A DNA stretch of 64,000 nt from a virus. The position numbers and the translations under genes are program-made. The notes beneath the pieces were generated by a model, which was not told the origin of the DNA, searched no databases, and saw only the letters and a program-made list of their open reading frames with translations. Of the stretch, positions 59,075 to 64,000 are shown piece by piece. The first letter of the stretch is position 1. Every line of letters starts with the position of its first letter. The stretch spans positions 36,572-100,571 of IMG/VR virus record IMGVR_UViG_3300023174_005548; one strand, written 5' to 3'.

Positions 59075-59794
59075 TTAGTGTAATTCTTCGAATTTTTCAA
59101 TAATATAGGCCAAAATATCATTTCGCATAATATCTTCTCTACCAAATTTAAATGTATGAATACCTTTATCAGCGCTCTTTTTATCATCGAAAAGATTATA
59201 TGTTTTTTCAAATCCACTATTTTTGATATCTGCTTGTCTAATATCTCCTATTAATATTAATTTACTAAATCTACCCATTCTAGTAGTAATTAACAATAAA
59301 TCATGTATACTTAAATTTTGAGCTTCGTCACAGATAATGTAACTGGCATTAATACTTAAACCTCTTAAAAAACCAACTGGTAATCCTTTTACTCGTTCTT
59401 GCTTTAATAGCATTTCTACTTGATTGTTTGGTAATAATTCATGTAATTTATCCATTAATGGTTGTAGATAAGGATCTAATTTACTGTGAAGATCACCTTT
59501 AAGGAATCCTAAATTATGAGTAGAGCTTTCTACTGGGTTACGAACATAGAATATTTCACCTATTTTTTTACTATTAATTGCATTAAGAGCTGCATATACG
59601 CTAAGAAGACTTTTGGCTGTTCCTGCTGGTCCTTTACAGAATACCATTTTGGTACCCTTATCTTGAAGTAATTGAATAAATTTCTTTTGATTCTCTGTCC
59701 ATTGTAGTTCGCGGATAGTTAGGAAACCTTCAATTTTATCTCTTTGAGGAACAGGGACTGATTTATCTTCTTTTTGCTTATGCTTTTTAGACAT
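59075..59794 (-). CDS. phoH: PhoH-family ATPase
   Basis: GPAGTAKS, RNPVES...LGFLKGD, FLRGLS, DEAQN, TRMG, GDIRQAD; start reassigned to MSKKHKQ. Confidence 0.95.
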   Translation of the reverse strand: MSKKHKQKEDKSVPVPQRDKIEGFLTIRELQWTENQKKFIQLLQDKGTKMVFCKGPAGTAKSLLSVYAALNAINSKKIGEIFYVRNPVESSTHNLGFLKGDLHSKLDPYLQPLMDKLHELLPNNQVEMLLKQERVKGLPVGFLRGLSINASYIICDEAQNLSIHDLLLITTRMGRFSKLILIGDIRQADIKNSGFEKTYNLFDDKKSADKGIHTFKFGREDIMRNDILAYIIEKFEELH

Positions 59795-59811
59795 GCGACT
59801 TACATCTAAGT

Positions 59812-59838
59812 TTACACCATATTTTATATTTAGTGTAA
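59812..59838. promoter_or_regulatory. Back-to-back GTGTAA motifs serving divergent genes
   Basis: TTACAC at 59812-59817 and GTGTAA at 59833-59838, forming the inverted pair TTTACAC...GTGTAAA. Confidence 0.6.
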
Positions 59839-59849
59839 ATAAATTAACT

Positions 59850-60488
59850 GTGGCATATCTGAACGCAAACATACCTCCAATTGAATGTTACGTGCGTGGT
59901 AACTATCTAAGGAATCAAGAGGATAGTTTTGATAAAAAATATAGATGTTTAATTTTTGGAGTTACAAGTTTACCAAGTCAAGTTCCACTTTTTAATTTTC
60001 TTATGGAAGATGGTGGGATTTGGTGGCATGCACCTATAAACGCTTTTTGCTGGAAAGAAGATGCGCCAGATATGGAACTAATTGAACTAGAACTTTGGGA
60101 TAGTTTTAGTTATCATATCTCCGTAACAACTTTTTATCTATTAGAAAATAAAGTAGTAAAATATACTGGACGAAGTGGACAAGAATATACTGGTCGTTAT
60201 TTATTTACTCTTGATTGGGCGCATAGTGATTATAATGAATTGAATTTTGGATTTAGTCAAAAACCAGATCAGCATAAAGCTGGACATGTTATAAAACTTG
60301 ACAATGGCAATTTCGCAATACAACCTAATAATAGAATCAAAGTATTCGATCCAAGCTTCGCAACAAAACAAAATGAACTATTGTTGCAAAGAAAAATAAA
60401 CTCTCATATTTATACTGCTGAAAATAGCCCCAAATGGGTTACTGAAGATAGTGATAATTATGATTATAAAATACAGGAGATAAAATGA
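59850..60488 (+). CDS. Conserved-looking hypothetical phage protein
   Basis: GTG start (VAYLNANIPP...) 11 nt after GTGTAA; His/Asp/Trp-rich motifs (LDWAH, HKAGH, QPNNR). Confidence 0.7.
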   Translation: MAYLNANIPPIECYVRGNYLRNQEDSFDKKYRCLIFGVTSLPSQVPLFNFLMEDGGIWWHAPINAFCWKEDAPDMELIELELWDSFSYHISVTTFYLLENKVVKYTGRSGQEYTGRYLFTLDWAHSDYNELNFGFSQKPDQHKAGHVIKLDNGNFAIQPNNRIKVFDPSFATKQNELLLQRKINSHIYTAENSPKWVTEDSDNYDYKIQEIK

Positions 60489-60766
60489 ATCACACTATTA
60501 AGATAACTGATACAAATATTCTAGAGGGAGAAAAAGCTAATCCTCAAAACTGTGCTATTGCCAGAGCAATCAAAAGTAAAATGAAAAAGAAGATAACTAA
60601 TGTATCTGTGCTACCAACTCAAGTTATTTTAACAATAGATAAGAAAATGTTTATTGCTAAAATGCCAAAAGCTGGCACTAATTTTATTAAAAGATTTGAT
60701 CGTGGGCAAGCTGTAAATGCTTTTAAACTAGATTTAAAATTCAAAAAAGGCTTTGCTTTAGTTTAA
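60485..60766 (+). CDS. Hypothetical protein
   Basis: 93 aa; ATGA coupling; CAIARAI motif. Confidence 0.65.
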   Translation: MNHTIKITDTNILEGEKANPQNCAIARAIKSKMKKKITNVSVLPTQVILTIDKKMFIAKMPKAGTNFIKRFDRGQAVNAFKLDLKFKKGFALV

Positions 60767-61768
60767 TCCAACAAAACAACTTCCATTACTGGAATTAATA
60801 ATAGATTCTAGTTTTGGGTTTGGAGATTTATCAACGCTTCTAACATAGAGCTTGATATTCTTTTTCTTTATTGCTTGTTCTACTGCAGATAGACCTTCTA
60901 AACTTTCTGGATCTTGTAAATCAGAAAACCAATAAATTGCATCTACTCCACTTGACGCAAGAGATTGAAATGCACTTGTTGCTTGGCTTAAGGTTCCAAT
61001 CGCACAACCATCAACATAACAAATAAGAGAATTAGGAAAGTTTGCTCTAATTTGTTTTTCTAATATTTCTTTGTATGGCGCCATGCTATGAGATACATCT
61101 AATATAACACCTAATTTTCTAGCCTCTATTCGGTTACCAAAAATTTCACCACTTTTAAAACCTAATCCATTATCTTTACCAAATCCGAATTTTCCTGCTC
61201 CACCATCATCTACATTTCCTGCGTATAAATTTTTGCCATTCTTAATAGATATTGAATTTTTATCTGAAACAAATTTAGCTGGATTAACAGGACTTGGAGA
61301 TCTTATAATTGGTTGATATGCTACTTGACTCAAATCTGGTAAATCAATTATATCTGATGGTAGGTTTAAACCTTCTTTACCCATTTTGGTATCATTATCT
61401 GTGCTTTGTTCACCTTCTAGTGGTTCTTCATCTGGTGAATTGGGATGTTCTGGTTCTACAGTATATATTTTTGATTCTTGATTTTCATTATCTACTGAAG
61501 CTAAATAACGCCAATCTTGTTTTACTTCTATTGGTACGGTAAATGTTACATTTTGATTTATTATATAAAACCCTAGGATATGAATTAAAGCTGAACCTAA
61601 TATAAGACTTTGGCGCTCATGATTTTTAAAATAATTAAAAGATTTAACTATTATAGTTTCAGATAGATTAAAAGATCCTTGTATAGTATTACTTACATCT
61701 TTTGTGCTAATATTAAATAAAAAGCTAAAAAGATAAGCTATTAAGAGCAATATAAAGACTGTTCCCAT
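60758..61768 (-). CDS. Membrane-anchored vWA-domain protein
   Basis: Two N-terminal hydrophobic segments (second SALIHILG), Pro/acidic linker, MIDAS-like ILDVSHSM and AIYWFSD. Confidence 0.7.
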   Translation of the reverse strand: MGTVFILLLIAYLFSFLFNISTKDVSNTIQGSFNLSETIIVKSFNYFKNHERQSLILGSALIHILGFYIINQNVTFTVPIEVKQDWRYLASVDNENQESKIYTVEPEHPNSPDEEPLEGEQSTDNDTKMGKEGLNLPSDIIDLPDLSQVAYQPIIRSPSPVNPAKFVSDKNSISIKNGKNLYAGNVDDGGAGKFGFGKDNGLGFKSGEIFGNRIEARKLGVILDVSHSMAPYKEILEKQIRANFPNSLICYVDGCAIGTLSQATSAFQSLASSGVDAIYWFSDLQDPESLEGLSAVEQAIKKKNIKLYVRSVDKSPNPKLESIINSSNGSCFVGLN

Positions 61769-61813
61769 AGAGGAATAATACAATATATTTAGATAAAAAT
61801 AAAGAATTTTTTG

Positions 61814-62047
61814 TTATTTTTTACTCTTCCAACTATCTCCTACGCCTAGCCTATTTTGGTCTGGCGCAACACAATATAAAGGCTTGGGCGCTGGTAAAGG
61901 TAAGGGCTTTTTATCAATTATAAGTATTGAGGGCTTTTCGGCGCTGGATTGTTTGTTTTGAGTTGTTTTATTTTTATAGGATAAGAAGTAAAAGAGAGTT
62001 CCTAATAATAAACATACTATTATTGATGATTTTATATCTATTTTCAT
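61814..62047 (-). CDS. Small membrane protein
   Basis: MKIDIKSSIIVCLLLGTLFYFLSY...; start 11 nt after GTGTAA. Confidence 0.55.
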   Translation of the reverse strand: MKIDIKSSIIVCLLLGTLFYFLSYKNKTTQNKQSSAEKPSILIIDKKPLPLPAPKPLYCVAPDQNRLGVGDSWKSKK

Positions 62048-62332
62048 ATTGATAATAATTACACATAGCGGCCAAATAGATAAGGGTATATAAGAAAAGG
62101 GTTTATGAGAAAAATAGCCCATCGGATTTTTTTACCTTGAAGATTATGTTATTTTAATTAGTTTATATTAGATTTAGAAAAAGGGGGGGGTATAGATAGG
62201 TATATATAGAATAACAATTATTAGAATAGGGGAGAATGATATAAACACCCCCACGCCCTTTTCGCTCAAGGAGGTTGCCTACTTTTTTCAAAAAAGGGGG
62301 GATATATTCTATAAAAATCTTGCCGATTATCT

Positions 62333-62409
62333 GTAAGTCATTAACTATCAACGAAATTTAAATGGTAAATATCCCTTGCACTATTCCTAATCTGTGATAG
62401 ATTACCTAT
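62333..62409 (+). promoter_or_regulatory. Early promoter unit, copy 1 (leaderless)
   Basis: GTAAGTCATTAACTATCAACGAAATTTAAATG...TTGCAC-16 nt-(TGA)TAGATT-6 nt-ATG; repeated at 63753-63828. Confidence 0.7.
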
Positions 62410-62559
62410 ATGAAGAAATTAAGCAAATATGAACAACTGATCGCAAACCTCAACAAGGCTAGCCAAGACCTTAAAGATGCCTCTACCAAGGCCATCGCAA
62501 CCCTTGACGCTCACGCTAACAAGGTGGAAGCTATCCACCAAGAGGCGATGAATAAATAA
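62410..62559 (+). CDS. 49-aa helical early protein (not in the ORF track)
   Basis: MKKLSKYEQLIANLNKASQDLKDASTKAIATLDAHANKVEAIHQEAMNK; paralog starts at 63829. Confidence 0.8.
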   Translation: MKKLSKYEQLIANLNKASQDLKDASTKAIATLDAHANKVEAIHQEAMNK

Positions 62560-62562
62560 TTG

Positions 62563-62591
62563 TTGACGAAACTAAACCAGAAAGGCAATAT
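62563..62591 (+). promoter_or_regulatory. Sigma70-type leaderless promoter
   Basis: TTGACG-17 nt-CAATAT-7 nt-ATG(62599). Confidence 0.6.
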
Positions 62592-62598
62592 AGAACCT

Positions 62599-63018
62599 AT
62601 GAAACAAAACCTCAAAATCAGCTACCAAACATTCGGTGAAAACAATGCTTACCTTCTCGAAGGAAGCATCAAACAAATCAATCACTTCTTCAATTCTATC
62701 TATAATTGGGAAGGAACTAACGGCAAGTTGCACGATATGGGCAACGGCAAAGCGTTTTACTTCTACGCTCATCCTGATGATGTGATGCACGCTCTTACCA
62801 AGGTTGCGTTGCATAGCTTGATCAATAAGATCAACGCTAAAGGGCGTAAAGGTGGATTGCTTGACCTTGCTAAAGCTAAAGCACAAAGCATTGTGGATGC
62901 TATGGAGCAAACCTGTTTTCTTTGGGGTGCGAGTAGCTCCGAGGGATTCACTCTTGGAACTATCAGTGCAGAGAAACCCTCTGACTACTGCGGTGCAGTT
63001 AGCAATGGAAGGGACTAA
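62599..63018 (+). CDS. Hypothetical early protein
   Basis: Start reassigned to MKQNLKISY on promoter geometry. Confidence 0.7.
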   Translation: MKQNLKISYQTFGENNAYLLEGSIKQINHFFNSIYNWEGTNGKLHDMGNGKAFYFYAHPDDVMHALTKVALHSLINKINAKGRKGGLLDLAKAKAQSIVDAMEQTCFLWGASSSEGFTLGTISAEKPSDYCGAVSNGRD

Positions 63019-63022
63019 TCCT

Positions 63023-63472
63023 ATGACAGCAGAACTATTCATTGTAGCATTAACGCTCTTGGGTGAAGCTAGGGGCGAGACATTCGAAGGAATGGCTGGC
63101 GTTGCTAGCGTCATTCAAACACGGATGATAGAGCGTAACCAGACAGCCTCACAGGTTTGTCTAGCACCTAAACAATTCAGTTTCTGGAATGGTGGCGTGA
63201 GTGAGGCTACCAAGAAGAAGCTACTTGCCACACCACAAGGAAAGAACGCTCTATACCTTGCAGACCTAGTTATCCATAAGCAGATGCCCGACATTGTGCG
63301 TGGTGCTAATCATTACCATGCCGTGAGCGTCTCGCCAAAGTGGGCGAAGAAAGGGAAGCTAGTGGCAGTCATAAGGAATCATAAGTTTTACAAAGTATCT
63401 GTTTACTGCGTGCCTTTACCTTGTAACAAGCCTTACCCTCCAACCACAGAAACACAATTAGCTCACGCTTAA
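63023..63472 (+). CDS. Cell wall hydrolase, SleB/CwlJ (Hydrolase_2) family
   Basis: ALTLLGEARGE (catalytic Glu), VASVIQTR, QFSFWN, GANHYH, PKWA, NHKFY. Confidence 0.88.
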   Translation: MTAELFIVALTLLGEARGETFEGMAGVASVIQTRMIERNQTASQVCLAPKQFSFWNGGVSEATKKKLLATPQGKNALYLADLVIHKQMPDIVRGANHYHAVSVSPKWAKKGKLVAVIRNHKFYKVSVYCVPLPCNKPYPPTTETQLAHA

Positions 63473-63493
63473 CAAAGCAGAAAGAAAAACAAT

Positions 63494-63688
63494 ATGAATG
63501 AAAATATCCTACGCCGTATCTTTATAATCGGAATCCTTGTCTATGGATTCGCACTCATCGCTATGATGGGCAAACAGAATAGTGAAGTTGCCAACACTCA
63601 AATGGCACAGGCTCGATATGCTGATATGCCTCCAGCGTTTAACTTAAGAGAAGAATATCAAATGGTCGTAATCTACAAAGGAGACTAA
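63494..63688 (+). CDS. Small membrane protein
   Basis: One TM segment (IFIIGILVYGFALIAMM); A-rich leader. Confidence 0.6.
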   Translation: MNENILRRIFIIGILVYGFALIAMMGKQNSEVANTQMAQARYADMPPAFNLREEYQMVVIYKGD

Positions 63689-63705
63689 TAAAAATCGCAC
63701 CTTCC

Positions 63706-63780
63706 TAAGTTGTTGAATACCAACGACTTACGAGGGGCGGGTCCCTTGCGTTGTAACTCGTTGATGGACAATGAAATTTA
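63706..63780. repeat. Paired imperfect palindromes separated by a GC-rich hairpin
   Basis: TAAGTTGTTG-AATAC-CAACGACTTA (63706-63730), CGAGGGGCGGGTCCCTTG, then GTAACTCGTTGATGGACAATGAAATTTA. Confidence 0.7.
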
Positions 63781-63828
63781 AATGAAGAAATATCTTGCAA
63801 AAATCCTAAAATCTGATAGATTATAAGT
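63753..63828 (+). promoter_or_regulatory. Early promoter unit, copy 2 (leaderless)
   Basis: GTAACTCGTTGATGGACAATGAAATTTAAATG...TTGCAA-16 nt-(TGA)TAGATT-6 nt-ATG. Confidence 0.7.
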
Positions 63829-64000
63829 ATGAAAAGAAAAACAAAATTAGAAATCCTCCTCGGAAATTTAGACAAAGCCTCGGCTGACCTCAAAAAAGCC
63901 GTTGAAGAATCCCAAAAGAGACTCGATGAAAGTTTCGCAAAATACGAACACAAAGTTGAAGTTGCTCATCATAACTCTATGATAATCAACGAAAAACAAA
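63829..64000 (+). CDS. Partial helical early protein, paralog of 62410..62559
   Basis: MKRKTKLEILLGNLDKASADLKKAVEESQKRLDESFAKYEHKVEVAHHNSMIINEKQ..., open to the window end. Confidence 0.75.
   Translation, partial: MKRKTKLEILLGNLDKASADLKKAVEESQKRLDESFAKYEHKVEVAHHNSMIINEKQ

Noticed and set aside
62572-63953. Minus-strand ORFs 62572..63114, 62769..62951 and 63705..63953, and the extended start of 62852..63472
   Set aside because: They overlap better-supported plus-strand genes that have promoters or paralogs; the SleB domain starts at ATG 63023
1-64000. tRNA, rRNA or other structured ncRNA genes
   Set aside because: Intergenic gaps are very short and no cloverleaf or T-loop (GTTCGA) context was seen by eye; tRNAscan-SE or Infernal would be needed to exclude them formally

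Overview
The window is part of a large, AT-rich tailed dsDNA phage genome (Caudoviricetes, probably siphovirus-like: a tail tube gene is present but no sheath gene is recognisable). Positions 1-62,100 are almost all minus-strand late genes, in transcription order: phoH; a Zn-ribbon protein; a sigma-like factor; a probable terminase small subunit; an ERCC4-type nuclease; terminase large subunit; portal; a giant Cys-rich GG-repeat fibre; a LamG protein; a sulfotransferase plus GT9-like glycosyltransferase pair; a lysis cassette; a trypsin-like protease; HNH; protease/scaffold; decoration protein; major capsid; fibres; head-tail connectors; tail tube; chaperones; a 2209-aa tape measure protein; and tail-tip genes. 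At about 62,330 the GC content and coding strand switch to a plus-strand early region with repeated leaderless promoter units. The best candidate for an undescribed system is the tape measure protein. Five GF(I/V)PN(F/L)(A/F) motifs divide about 500 aa of it into discrete cassettes, one with a PD-(D/E)xK nuclease-like signature and one ParB/Srx-like, which suggests a motif-delimited, swappable and possibly cleavable payload injected with the DNA. The second candidate is very strong (S/T)-G dipeptide enrichment in outer virion proteins next to a phage-encoded glycosyltransferase and sulfotransferase, a possible virion glyco-sulfation system. Other observations: an in-frame TGA splitting a 1204-codon tail gene, a GTGTAA late-promoter motif, and unannotated small ORFs. 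All family assignments come from motifs read by eye; no database searches were run.
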